Positions 17,859 through 26,819 of a stretch of DNA of 32,000 nt are shown piece by piece. A program made the position numbers and the translations under genes. Below the pieces are notes generated by a model that was not told where the DNA came from, did no database searches, and saw only the letters and a list, made by a program, of their open reading frames with translations. Source of the DNA: Nostoc sp. PCC 7120 = FACHB-418 (lineage in GTDB: Bacteria; Cyanobacteriota; Cyanobacteriia; Cyanobacteriales; Nostocaceae); assembly GCF_000009705.1 (NCBI RefSeq), contig NC_003272.1, forward strand, positions 5,760,001 to 5,792,000, given 5' to 3'. Within the stretch, counting starts at the first letter, position 1. The number at the start of each line of letters is the position of its first letter.

Positions 17859-18401
17859 ATGTCAAATCTAGTTAAACGCAAAGCCCATACTCGTACACTA
17901 AAACGCCGACCTCTGGGTTTAATTTTCATTATCCTGGCATGGAGTCTGGCTATGGGTTGGTTACTAGCCTTGGCAACCAGCGCCCATAGTGCTACACCTA
18001 CAGCAGAAATTGGCACTGTTGACGTAATTCCCGCAGCACAGCAACTGGGACAAGAACTGTATTTAGAAAATTGTGCTACCTGCCATATTGGTTTACCACC
18101 AGCTGTTTTACCTAGTCAAACTTGGCGAAACCTCCTACAAGACTCACAGCACTATGGCGTACAAATCAAGCCTTTAATTGATCCACCACGCGCTTTAGTC
18201 TGGCGGTATCTTTCCACTTTTTCCCGTTCCCAATTACCAGACGAAGAAACACCCTATCGCCTCAGGAATTCTCGTTATTTTAAAGCTTTACACCCTAAAG
18301 TCGATTTACCTCGACCTGTACAGATAAATGGTTGTGTCAGTTGTCATCCCAGTGCGAGTGAGTATAATTTCCGTCGCCTGAGTACAGAATGGGAGAAGTA
18401 G
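17859..18401 (+). CDS. Diheme c-type cytochrome (membrane-anchored or secreted)
   Basis: 180 aa. Has an N-terminal basic and hydrophobic signal/anchor (LGLIFIILAWSLAMGWLLALA) and two CxxCH heme-binding motifs (CATCH and CVSCH). Confidence 0.6.
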   Translation: MSNLVKRKAHTRTLKRRPLGLIFIILAWSLAMGWLLALATSAHSATPTAEIGTVDVIPAAQQLGQELYLENCATCHIGLPPAVLPSQTWRNLLQDSQHYGVQIKPLIDPPRALVWRYLSTFSRSQLPDEETPYRLRNSRYFKALHPKVDLPRPVQINGCVSCHPSASEYNFRRLSTEWEK

Positions 18402-18710
18402 GGCTGGGTGGTTAGCAGAGAATTTGAACTCAGAAACTCATCACTTCCCCATCGGATATTGCTACTTAGCAAGGATCGGCGTTCTCTGCCTCATCGGAAG
18501 GTGAAATGATACTATTAGAACAGTCTCAATTTTAAACTGCGATATAAAAGCGCTCGTTTAGTAAACTGACCAAATCAACATTTTTGTTGTTGAGTTAATT
18601 TTCATTTCATCCCCATCCATCACCAAAATGTTTGGGTAGGGTTAAATTCTTATAATCAATAGCCAAATCCCTCTAATTCCCATCCCTTCGATTTAGTTCT
18701 ATAACTTGCC

Positions 18711-21503
18711 ATGCTAAAACTCTTGTTGGGCGACCCCAACGCTCGTAAACTCAAAAAATACCAACCCTATATTACAGAAATTAATCTCTTGGAAGAGGAC
18801 ATTAAAGTCCTCTCTGATGAAGATTTAAAAGGTAAAACAGCAGAGTTTAAACAGCGACTTGCCAAAGGCGAAACTTTGGATGATATCTTGCCAGAAGCCT
18901 TTGCTGTGGTAAGAGAGGCAGGACGGCGAGTCTTAGGGTTGCGGCATTTTGATGTCCAGATGTTAGGCGGTGTCATTCTGCATAGTGGACAAATCGCCGA
19001 AATGAAAACCGGTGAAGGTAAAACCTTGGTGGCTACCTTACCGAGTTATTTAAATGCTTTGACTGGTAAGGGTGTACACGTAATCACCGTGAACGATTAC
19101 CTGGCTCGTCGGGACGCAGAATGGATGGGACAGGTGCATCGCTTTCTGGGTTTGAGTGTCGGGCTGATTCAATCCAGTATGACACCTAGTGAACGCCAGA
19201 AAAACTATGAGTGCGATATCACTTACGTGACCAATAGTGAAGTTGGTTTCGACTATCTGCGGGATAACATGGCTACATCGATGGCTGATGTGGTACAGCG
19301 TCCCTTTAACTATTGCGTCATTGACGAAGTAGATTCGATTTTAGTGGATGAGGCACGGACACCTCTCATTATTTCTGGTCAGGTAGAAAGACCTACAGAA
19401 AAATATGTCCAAGCTGCGGAAATTGCTCTGACTCTGCAAAAAGATGAGCATTATGATGTAGATGAAAAAGCTCGTAACGTACTGCTAACAGACGAGGGTT
19501 TTGCACAAGCAGAAGAACTGTTAGGTGTAACGGATTTATTTGACCCAGAAGACCCTTGGGCGCACTTTGTATTTAATGCGATTAAAGCTAAGGAACTGTT
19601 CCTCAAGGACGTGAATTATATCGTCCGCAATGGGGAAGTGGTGATTGTAGATGAATTTACCGGACGGGTATTACCTGGAAGACGTTGGAGTGATGGTTTA
19701 CACCAAGCCATTGAAGCCAAAGAACACGTAGATATACAACCAGAAACTCAAACTTTAGCGACAATTACCTATCAAAACCTCTTCTTGTTGTATCCCAAAT
19801 TAGGTGGGATGACAGGAACAGCGAAGACAGAAGAAGCTGAGTTTGAAAGAATTTACAAATTAGAAGTCACGATTATTCCCACTAACAGAATTAGAAGACG
19901 GGAAGACTTGTCTGACTTGGTATTTAAAAAAGAGATTGGTAAATGGCAGGCGATCGCGCGCGAATGTGCAGAGATGCACGAACTCGGTAGACCTGTGTTA
20001 GTAGGGACTACCAGTGTGGAAAAATCAGAATATCTCAGTCAATTACTCAGAGAACAAGGGATTCCCCACGAATTGCTGAACGCTCGTCCCGAAAACGTAG
20101 AAAGGGAAGCGGAAATTGTTGCCCAAGCTGGGCGCAGGGGTGCTGTAACTATCGCCACCAACATGGCGGGACGGGGTACAGATATCATCCTTGGTGGTAA
20201 CTCTGAATACATGGCGCGGTTGAAATTGCGTGAATATTTTATGCCGCGTATTGTCAGACCAGACGATGAAGATGTGTTTGGTGTCCAGAGGGCGGCGGGA
20301 TTACCTACAGGACATGGTGCTGGTCAAGGCTTTGTTCCTGGGAAGAAAGTCAAGACTTGGAAGGCTTCGCCAGAGATTTTCCCCACGCAACTTTCTAAAG
20401 AAGCAGAACAACTGTTAAAAGAAGCAGTTGATTTTGCAGTGCGGGAATATGGCGATCGCTCTTTACCAGAATTGGAAGCAGAAGATAAAGTAGCAGTAGC
20501 AGCCGAAAAAGCCCCTACCGATGACTCAGTAATTCAGAAACTGCGCGACGCTTACAACCGAATTAAGCACGAGTATGAAGAATTTACCAGCACTGAACAT
20601 GATGAGGTGGTAGGAAGGGGTGGTTTACACGTAATTGGGACAGAACGCCACGAATCCCGGCGGATTGACAACCAGTTGCGGGGACGGGCCGGACGACAAG
20701 GTGACCCCGGTTCCACAAGATTTTTCCTCAGTTTAGAGGATAACTTATTGCGGATTTTTGGAGGCGATCGCGTTGCTGGCTTAATGGAAGCCTTCAATGT
20801 AGAAGATGATATGCCCATTGAGTCTGGTATGCTCACCCGCAGCTTGGAAGGCGCACAAAGAAAAGTTGAAACCTACTACTACGACATCCGTAAGCAAGTA
20901 TTTGAATACGACGAGGTAATGAATAACCAACGTCGCGCCATCTACGCTGAACGTCGTCGGGTTCTGGAAGGTCAAGACTTGAAAGAACAGGTGATTAAGT
21001 ACGCCGAAAAAACAATGGACGAAATCGTTGACTATTACATCAACGTTGATTTGCCCTCGGAAGAGTGGGAATTAGATAAGTTGGTGGATAAAGTCAAAGA
21101 GTTTGTTTATCTGCTGTCTGATATGCAGGCGAACCAATTGGAAGATATGGGCGTGAGTGAGATTAAGGCGTTCCTCCATGAACAGGTACGTATTGCTTAC
21201 GACCTCAAGGAAGCCCAAATTGACCAAATTCAGCCAGGTTTGATGCGTCAAGCTGAACGCTTCTTTATCTTGCAGCGTATTGATACTTTGTGGCGGGAAC
21301 ACTTGCAACAAATGGATGCTTTGCGCGAGTCTGTAGGTTTGCGTGGTTATGGGCAGAAAGACCCGCTTATTGAGTATAAGAGTGAGGGTTATGAGTTGTT
21401 CTTGGATATGATGGTGAATATCCGCCGGGATGTGGTTTATTCGTTGTTCATGTTCCAGCCTCAGCCTCAGCCGGTTGTGCAAACGTCTTCGGAGATGGTT
21501 TAA
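18711..21503 (+). CDS. secA: Preprotein translocase ATPase subunit SecA
   Basis: 930 aa. Has MKTGEGKT Walker A, the [23 protein letters not shown]-like motif, [10 protein letters not shown] and [10 protein letters not shown]. Confidence 0.98.
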   Translation: MLKLLLGDPNARKLKKYQPYITEINLLEEDIKVLSDEDLKGKTAEFKQRLAKGETLDDILPEAFAVVREAGRRVLGLRHFDVQMLGGVILHSGQIAEMKTGEGKTLVATLPSYLNALTGKGVHVITVNDYLARRDAEWMGQVHRFLGLSVGLIQSSMTPSERQKNYECDITYVTNSEVGFDYLRDNMATSMADVVQRPFNYCVIDEVDSILVDEARTPLIISGQVERPTEKYVQAAEIALTLQKDEHYDVDEKARNVLLTDEGFAQAEELLGVTDLFDPEDPWAHFVFNAIKAKELFLKDVNYIVRNGEVVIVDEFTGRVLPGRRWSDGLHQAIEAKEHVDIQPETQTLATITYQNLFLLYPKLGGMTGTAKTEEAEFERIYKLEVTIIPTNRIRRREDLSDLVFKKEIGKWQAIARECAEMHELGRPVLVGTTSVEKSEYLSQLLREQGIPHELLNARPENVEREAEIVAQAGRRGAVTIATNMAGRGTDIILGGNSEYMARLKLREYFMPRIVRPDDEDVFGVQRAAGLPTGHGAGQGFVPGKKVKTWKASPEIFPTQLSKEAEQLLKEAVDFAVREYGDRSLPELEAEDKVAVAAEKAPTDDSVIQKLRDAYNRIKHEYEEFTSTEHDEVVGRGGLHVIGTERHESRRIDNQLRGRAGRQGDPGSTRFFLSLEDNLLRIFGGDRVAGLMEAFNVEDDMPIESGMLTRSLEGAQRKVETYYYDIRKQVFEYDEVMNNQRRAIYAERRRVLEGQDLKEQVIKYAEKTMDEIVDYYINVDLPSEEWELDKLVDKVKEFVYLLSDMQANQLEDMGVSEIKAFLHEQVRIAYDLKEAQIDQIQPGLMRQAERFFILQRIDTLWREHLQQMDALRESVGLRGYGQKDPLIEYKSEGYELFLDMMVNIRRDVVYSLFMFQPQPQPVVQTSSEMV

Positions 21504-21515
21504 GGAAGTGAGTTT

Positions 21516-21553
21516 ACACAGGGGTATGTGATTACCTCTGTGTTTTGTTTTTT
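21516..21553 (+). terminator. Rho-independent terminator of secA
   Basis: acacagggg (21516..21524) pairs with cctctgtgt (21535..21543) with one mismatch, followed by tttgtttttt. Confidence 0.7.
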
Positions 21554-21554
21554 A

Positions 21555-21672
21555 ACGCGGAGGAGCGCTGAGGTTCACGCAGCGAAAAGTTCTGTTCGCG
21601 TAGCGTCTCCGTCAGGAGAAGGAGGGTTTCCCTCCGTAGGAAACTTTTCAAGAGAGAGGGGCGCGGAGAGTT
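21555..21672. repeat. Cluster of small dispersed hairpin repeats (SDR-like), including gttcgcgtagcgtctc at 21594..21609
   Basis: GC-rich patch with overlapping short hairpins (ggaggg-ttt-ccctcc and gtttcc...ggaaac). The 16-mer gttcgcgtagcgtctc recurs exactly at 22115..22130 inside the next CDS. Confidence 0.6.
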
Positions 21673-21709
21673 AAGAATAATTTTGTGTGGTTAGCAGAAG
21701 GGTAAATTT

Positions 21710-22351
21710 ATGACTCCAGCCTTAACCAAACAAGTGATCTTTGACGAATTTATTGATTGGTTGCCAGAAAACTCAGAGGGACGCTACGAGCTGCATCATG
21801 GGGTAATTGTCGAAATGCCAAAGCCAACGGGGAAGCATTCCAATGTTACGGGTTTTCTGATAGAAGAATTAGTGCTTAACATCATCCAAATTGGAAAACG
21901 CGGTATTTGGACTATTCCCAGAGAGTCGATTGTTAAGCCTAAGGGTGAGTCTGGTTATGAACCCGACATTATTGTTTTGGATCAAGAGGCGTTAAGCAAG
22001 GAACCCCGGTGGGAGCGTGAGTCTATAATTGAGAATGCAGCAAGTGTGAAGTTAATTGTTGAAGTTGTCAGCACTAATTGGCGTGATGATTATTACAAAA
22101 AATGTGCTGATTACGTTCGCGTAGCGTCTCGAAGAGAAGAGATGGGTATACCTGAATACTGGATTATAGACTACGCAGGTTTGGGTGGACGAGCTTTTAT
22201 TGGCAACCCTAAGCAACCAACTATCTCAGTTAATTACCTAATTGACGGTGAGTACCAAGTGAGTCAGTTTCGCCAAGGGGAACGTATTCAATCACCAACA
22301 TTCCCTGAGTTGGATTTAACTGCTGACCAAATTTTTTGGGTGGGACGATAA
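21710..22351 (+). CDS. Uma2 family (DUF820) endonuclease-like protein carrying an in-frame repeat insertion
   Basis: 213 aa. Has YELHHGVIVEMPKPT, EPDIIVL, LIVEVVS...K and MGIPEYWIIDY motifs. Confidence 0.8.
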   Translation: MTPALTKQVIFDEFIDWLPENSEGRYELHHGVIVEMPKPTGKHSNVTGFLIEELVLNIIQIGKRGIWTIPRESIVKPKGESGYEPDIIVLDQEALSKEPRWERESIIENAASVKLIVEVVSTNWRDDYYKKCADYVRVASRREEMGIPEYWIIDYAGLGGRAFIGNPKQPTISVNYLIDGEYQVSQFRQGERIQSPTFPELDLTADQIFWVGR

Positions 22352-22443
22352 GCTGATGTTGGGAAAGTCCAAGGTGAGGGGACAGCAAGCAGGGAATCTG
22401 GGCTATTCTTAAATAGGTACGAGATTTGCCGAAGTAAGTAAGA

Positions 22444-23610
22444 ATGAAACTGGCAGCAAGAGTAAGTCAGGTAACACCTTCGATAACCTTAGCGATCGCA
22501 GCGAAAGCTAAGGCGATGAAGGCAGAGGGTATAGACGTTTGTAGTTTTAGCGCTGGTGAACCCGATTTTGATACCCCAGCGCATATCAAAGCAGCAGCCG
22601 CCAAGGCTTTGGATGAAGGCAAAACCAAGTATGGTGCAGCAGCTGGAGAACCAAAGTTAAGGGAAGCGATCGCCCGCAAGTTGCAAAAGGATAATCATCT
22701 GGATTACAAACCAGAGAATGTCATTGTCACTAATGGCGGTAAGCATTCGCTTTACAACTTGATTGTGGCGCTGATTGATCCAGGTGATGAGGTGATTATC
22801 CCGGCTCCCTATTGGTTGAGTTATCCCGAAATGGTGACTCTGGTAGGTGGGAAATCGGTAATTGTCCCCACAGATGCTTCCACTGGTTATAAAATCACCC
22901 CCGAACAACTGCGAAAAGCTATTACCCCCAAAACCAAGCTATTTGTCCTCAACTCCCCATCTAACCCCACAGGGATGGTGTACACACCAGAGGAAATCAA
23001 AGCTTTGGCTCAGGTAGTAGTTGATGCAGATATCTATGTTGTGTCTGATGAGATTTACGAAAAAATTCTCTACGATGGCGCACAGCATATCAGCATCGGT
23101 TCGCTAGGGAAGGAAATTTTTAACCGCACGTTGATTAGTAATGGCTTTGCGAAAGCTTATTCTATGACGGGGTGGCGTTTGGGCTATCTAGCCGGGCCAG
23201 TGGACATTATCAAGGCTGCTAGTTCCATTCAAGGGCATAGTACATCAAATGTATGTACCTTTGCTCAATATGGAGCGATCGCTGCTTTGGAAGATTCCCA
23301 AGATTGTGTGGAAGAAATGCGCCAAGCCTTCGCTAAACGTCGTCAGGTAATGCTAGATCGACTCAACGCCATCCCCGGCTTGAGTACTGCAAAACCAGAC
23401 GGTGCATTTTATCTGTTTCCAGATATCAGCAAAACTGGCTTGAAATCCCTCGAATTTTGTGATGCTTTAATTGAAGAACACAAGGTTGCAGTAATTCCAG
23501 GGATAGCTTTTGGTGCTGATGACAACATCCGCCTTTCCTACGCTACTGATTTGGCAACAATTGAGAAAGGTTTGGATCGGTTAGAGAAGTTTGTCCGTTC
23601 TCGCATTTAG
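22444..23610 (+). CDS. Pyridoxal phosphate-dependent aminotransferase (aspartate aminotransferase class I)
   Basis: 388 aa. Has [20 protein letters not shown] and the [20 protein letters not shown]-lysine region. Confidence 0.9.
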   Translation: MKLAARVSQVTPSITLAIAAKAKAMKAEGIDVCSFSAGEPDFDTPAHIKAAAAKALDEGKTKYGAAAGEPKLREAIARKLQKDNHLDYKPENVIVTNGGKHSLYNLIVALIDPGDEVIIPAPYWLSYPEMVTLVGGKSVIVPTDASTGYKITPEQLRKAITPKTKLFVLNSPSNPTGMVYTPEEIKALAQVVVDADIYVVSDEIYEKILYDGAQHISIGSLGKEIFNRTLISNGFAKAYSMTGWRLGYLAGPVDIIKAASSIQGHSTSNVCTFAQYGAIAALEDSQDCVEEMRQAFAKRRQVMLDRLNAIPGLSTAKPDGAFYLFPDISKTGLKSLEFCDALIEEHKVAVIPGIAFGADDNIRLSYATDLATIEKGLDRLEKFVRSRI

Positions 23611-23663
23611 TGAATCATCGGGTGTCAACTACTGTCAAGTCAAAAATATCATACATCTTCTTA

Positions 23664-23688
23664 TAGGGTGGGCATCTTGCCTACCCTA
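23664..23688. repeat. Dispersed hairpin repeat tagggtgggcatcttgcctacccta
   Basis: Variant of the GTAGGGTGGGCA...CCCACCCTAC family. It lies 86 nt upstream of the third Uma2 gene. Confidence 0.65.
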
Positions 23689-23773
23689 AATATTTGGAAG
23701 TTTTATTGTGGTGTGGAACATAATGAATATAGATTTATAGTCTAGTCAGCGAATAAAAGCGGAAAATATTCCT

Positions 23774-24349
23774 ATGACAGCGCTTACATTAAATCTCGAT
23801 TCTGTCATTAAATTGACAAGAGAACAGTTTTATCAGTTGTGTGTAGAGAATCCAGATTTAAAATTAGAACGCAATGCCCAAGGAGAATTAATTATAATGC
23901 CACCAACAGGAGGAGAAACAGGGAGAAGTAATGTTAATTTAATTCTGCAAGTAGCATCCTGGAATGAAATAAATCATGGGGGCGAAGTTTTTGATTCATC
24001 TACCGGATTTACTTTACCCAACGGTGCTGATCGTTCTCCTGATGTTTCTTGGGTAGAAAAGTCTCGTTGGGAAGCGTTAACTAAAGAACAAAGAGAAAAA
24101 TTCATTCCTCTATGTCCTGATTTTGTCATTGAAATAATGTCACCATCTGACAGTTTAAAGAAAGTTCAAGAAAAAATGTTTGAATACAGGTCAAACGGAT
24201 GTCGATTAGGTTGGTTGATTAACCGCAAAAGGCAAGAAGTAGAAATTTATCGCCCAGAACAAGAGGTAGAGATTTTAACATTACCTCAAACTCTTTCGGG
24301 TGAAGATGTATTACCTGGGTTTATACTCAATCTGCAACGAATTTGGTAA
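23774..24349 (+). CDS. Uma2 family (DUF820) endonuclease-like protein
   Basis: 191 aa. Has LERNAQGELIIMPPTGGETG, SPDVSWV and FVIEIMSPSD...K motifs. Confidence 0.8.
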   Translation: MTALTLNLDSVIKLTREQFYQLCVENPDLKLERNAQGELIIMPPTGGETGRSNVNLILQVASWNEINHGGEVFDSSTGFTLPNGADRSPDVSWVEKSRWEALTKEQREKFIPLCPDFVIEIMSPSDSLKKVQEKMFEYRSNGCRLGWLINRKRQEVEIYRPEQEVEILTLPQTLSGEDVLPGFILNLQRIW

Positions 24350-24387
24350 TAACATTAACAACTAATAACTAACACGCATTCACGGAA

Positions 24388-24768
24388 TCAAGCTGAATTT
24401 TCCATCAAGGAGTATGGTTGAATTAAAACCTCTGCTGGAATCCCCAATTGTTGATGTAAACGCCGAATTATTTCCAAAGTTAACGCCTGTCTACGATGTA
24501 AAATGTTGCTAATTTCTGTTTTGCTGCCAATGACAGGCTCTAAATCATTTACAGATAACCCACGGGATTCAAGATAATATAAGATTGCTTCAATAGGATC
24601 TGGTGCTGCAATTTGGTAATGTTTTTGTTCGTAGGCTTCCACAAGTGTAGTTAATACTTCCAACCTGTCAGACTCTGGTGTATTTAATTCTGAATCGAAC
24701 AATCTTGCAATTTCATCAAGCGCCGCACGATAATCAGCTTCATTACGAATCGGACGGGGTTCCAGCAT
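24388..24768 (-). CDS. higA: HigA-type antitoxin (helix-turn-helix, Xre-like)
   Basis: 126 aa. The N-terminal IRNEADYRAALDEIARLFD...LEVLTTLVEAYE module and a C-terminal HTH (LSVNDLEPVIGSKTEISNILHRRQALTLEIIRRL) are typical of antitoxins encoded just downstream of HigB toxins. The start lies 12 nt after the higB stop. Confidence 0.75.
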   Translation of the reverse strand: MLEPRPIRNEADYRAALDEIARLFDSELNTPESDRLEVLTTLVEAYEQKHYQIAAPDPIEAILYYLESRGLSVNDLEPVIGSKTEISNILHRRQALTLEIIRRLHQQLGIPAEVLIQPYSLMENSA

Positions 24769-24780
24769 AATATTACTGCC

Positions 24781-25073
24781 TCAAATACTTGTTGCATCTA
24801 CGTTATCGTATTCTTTATGTGTTCCCAGAAAACGAATAAAAATAATTCCAATGTCATAACGGATGTGAACAATTAAGCGGTAATCATTGCCTTTGATATT
24901 AAAAACCACTCGATTATTCGCAATAATACTAGCATTACGATAGGTGCTTTTAATATCTGCTGGACTATCCCATTCTGCACGAGACGCTTCATCAAACCAA
25001 GCTTTTAATGGCTGTTCAGCGTCGGGTACGCTTCCCAAAACTTTCGTAATGTGCTGCGGGCAATGATTCGCAT
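24781..25073 (-). pseudogene. higB: HigB family toxin (RelE/ParE fold), disrupted by a 1-nt frameshift after codon 17
   Basis: The track ORF 24781..25038 (TTG start) encodes ...PDAEQPLKAWFDEASRAEWDSPADIKSTYRNASIIANNRVVFNIKGNDYRLIVHIRYDIGIIFIRFLGTHKEYD, the HigB core. The family-typical N-terminus MRIIARSTLRKFWEAYP is encoded from ATG 25073 in another frame and stops after 22 codons. Confidence 0.75.
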
Positions 25074-25087
25074 AATACTAGTATTTC

Positions 25088-26275
25088 CTAAACTAAGCCC
25101 ATTTCTCGCAAGCCTTGACGCAGCCTCATTGCTTCTTCTGGGTTGTCTTGTTCATGTAGGATAATGGCATTTTTAAAAGCTGTAATACTGGCTGGGACAT
25201 TGCCGACTTTTAACTGTACTACCCCTAAATTTTGATAAGCTTCGGCATAGCTTGGTTTTAATTTAATGGCTTTTTGATAACAGGCGATCGCCTCCGTAAA
25301 TAAGCCCATTGCTTTGCAGATCATCCCCAAGTTATAATGTCCTGTGGCAAAATTAGAGTCAATTTTTAAAGCAGTTTCATAGGTTTTTTTTGCCCCATTT
25401 AAATCTCCAGAGGCTTTCAATAAACTACCTAAATTGTTATATGCTCCTAACTTGAGCATGGGGTAAATTGGTAATTTGATGGCAGTTTGGTAGTGAGTAA
25501 TTGCCTGTTGGGGATTCTTCAAACGATTGTAAGCAATGCCTAAATGATAGTGGAGTTCATACAAAATTTCGTACTCTTCTTGACAAGCATTAATACCGCG
25601 CTTTAATAACTCCATTCCTTTGTCAATCTTCCCCGTCTCTACATATAACGCCCCTAATTTACTGCAAACATAGGGATCATGGGGATGGGTGGCGAGAAAC
25701 CCTTCCATTGTAGTTTGGGCTTTGGCGTATTTGTTATTTTGCGCGATCGCACTTTTTTGATAACCTGCATGAAGAATCGCCACTCCTTGTAAATAACCAA
25801 TTTGCCATTGGGGTTCTTTCTGGAGAATTGCGGAGACGCTATCATCTACTAACGCATGGTAGGGACGCTCAAAGCGAATTGCTGGATGGTTGCGAAATAG
25901 GCGCGACACTAGAGAGTAGGGAGATTGTTCTGCACCAACTTCTTGACGTACTAGATTGACAAGTAAGTACTCTTCACTGGCGATCGCATTTTTTAAATGT
26001 GGGACAATTCCTGGTGTAAGAGTTTCATCAGCATCTAAAACTAATACCCAATCACCAGTAACATATTTTAAGGCAGTATTGCGGGCTATGCTGAAATCGT
26101 TACACCAAACAAAATCATAAACCTCAGCCCCAAATTGTCTGGCAATATGGGGAGTACCATCTTGAGAACCTGTATCTAAAACTACAATTTCATTTACTAC
26201 ATTCACGACACTACTCAAACATTTTGGCAGTATTGCCGCCTCATTTTTGACAATCATACATAGACTAAGTTTCAT
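25088..26275 (-). CDS. Family 2 glycosyltransferase fused to TPR repeats
   Basis: 395 aa. Has an N-terminal GT-A/GT2 signature (LSLCMIVKNEA...VLDTGSQDGT...VLVLDADE) and a C-terminal run of TPR-like 34-residue repeats (AxxxYxxAIxLxP pattern). Confidence 0.85.
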   Translation of the reverse strand: MKLSLCMIVKNEAAILPKCLSSVVNVVNEIVVLDTGSQDGTPHIARQFGAEVYDFVWCNDFSIARNTALKYVTGDWVLVLDADETLTPGIVPHLKNAIASEEYLLVNLVRQEVGAEQSPYSLVSRLFRNHPAIRFERPYHALVDDSVSAILQKEPQWQIGYLQGVAILHAGYQKSAIAQNNKYAKAQTTMEGFLATHPHDPYVCSKLGALYVETGKIDKGMELLKRGINACQEEYEILYELHYHLGIAYNRLKNPQQAITHYQTAIKLPIYPMLKLGAYNNLGSLLKASGDLNGAKKTYETALKIDSNFATGHYNLGMICKAMGLFTEAIACYQKAIKLKPSYAEAYQNLGVVQLKVGNVPASITAFKNAIILHEQDNPEEAMRLRQGLREMGLV

Positions 26276-26318
26276 ATTGGCGAATCATTATAGTTTTTCA
26301 TTTATTTTCTCAATCATC

Positions 26319-26362
26319 ACATCATTCCTAGTATTTGTATTGACAAATACTAGGAATGATGT
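26319..26362. promoter_or_regulatory. Perfect 19-bp inverted repeat with a 6-nt spacer in the leader or promoter region of the GT2-TPR gene
   Basis: acatcattcctagtatttg (26319..26337), tattga, then caaatactaggaatgatgt (26344..26362). It lies 44 nt upstream of the start codon at 26275. No U-tract follows it on either strand. Confidence 0.5.
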
Positions 26363-26672
26363 AGTAAGATTTTGACTAATTAGCTGAGAGCAAAATTCGC
26401 TCATAAAGGTATCAATTTGAGATTTGTTATAGCAAATACATATCACCTACACATCATCTACATATTTTATTCACAATACTGGATGAAATTAACTGGTGAT
26501 AGTTAATGATTCGTTACAAATACTGTGGCGATGAAGTTCTGCTTGAGAGAAGCATTTTTTGGCGTTGCTTAAAATTCCTCACCCACAAGAGTATGAAGAA
26601 TTTGGTAATTGGTAATTGGACTATTACCCATTCTCAAAGCGAGGGACTTGCAGATAAAAAAATATCCACAAT

Positions 26673-26737
26673 GTAGGGTGCGTCAGTGCGAGAAAACTTC
26701 GCTGTACCATGCAATCATTGATACTGACGCACCCTAC
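26673..26737. repeat. 65-bp hairpin repeat with perfect 15-bp terminal inverted repeats (gtagggtgcgtcagt / actgacgcaccctac)
   Basis: The arms are 26673..26687 and 26723..26737. It belongs to the same GTAGGGTG...CACCCTAC family seen elsewhere in the window. Confidence 0.75.
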
Positions 26738-26819
26738 TAACCTTTAATTTGCAATAGTTTATTTTTTGGTGTTCCTTTAACCACGGAGACAGACTTGTAT
26801 AATACAATTCAGATGAGGT

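Noticed and set aside
21072-21482. 136-aa minus-strand ORF inside secA. Similar antisense ORFs lie at 20552..20836, 20781..20975 and 18767..18976.
   Set aside because: They lie entirely antisense to a strongly conserved gene and have odd composition (rich in His, Gln, Leu and Ile). They have no independent signals. These are shadow ORFs.
18408-21698. 12-nt direct repeat gtggttagcaga on both sides of secA (18408..18419 and 21687..21698).
   Set aside because: By my rough estimate, exact 12-mers are expected to recur by chance dozens of times among all position pairs in a 32-kb window. There is no further similarity around them.
26506-26676. 56-aa plus-strand ORF (MIRYKYCGDEVLLERS...) in the spacer between two minus-strand genes.
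   Set aside because: It is short and has no motif. Its stop codon lies inside the GTAGGGTG hairpin repeat, and it runs against the local transcription direction. It is probably fortuitous.
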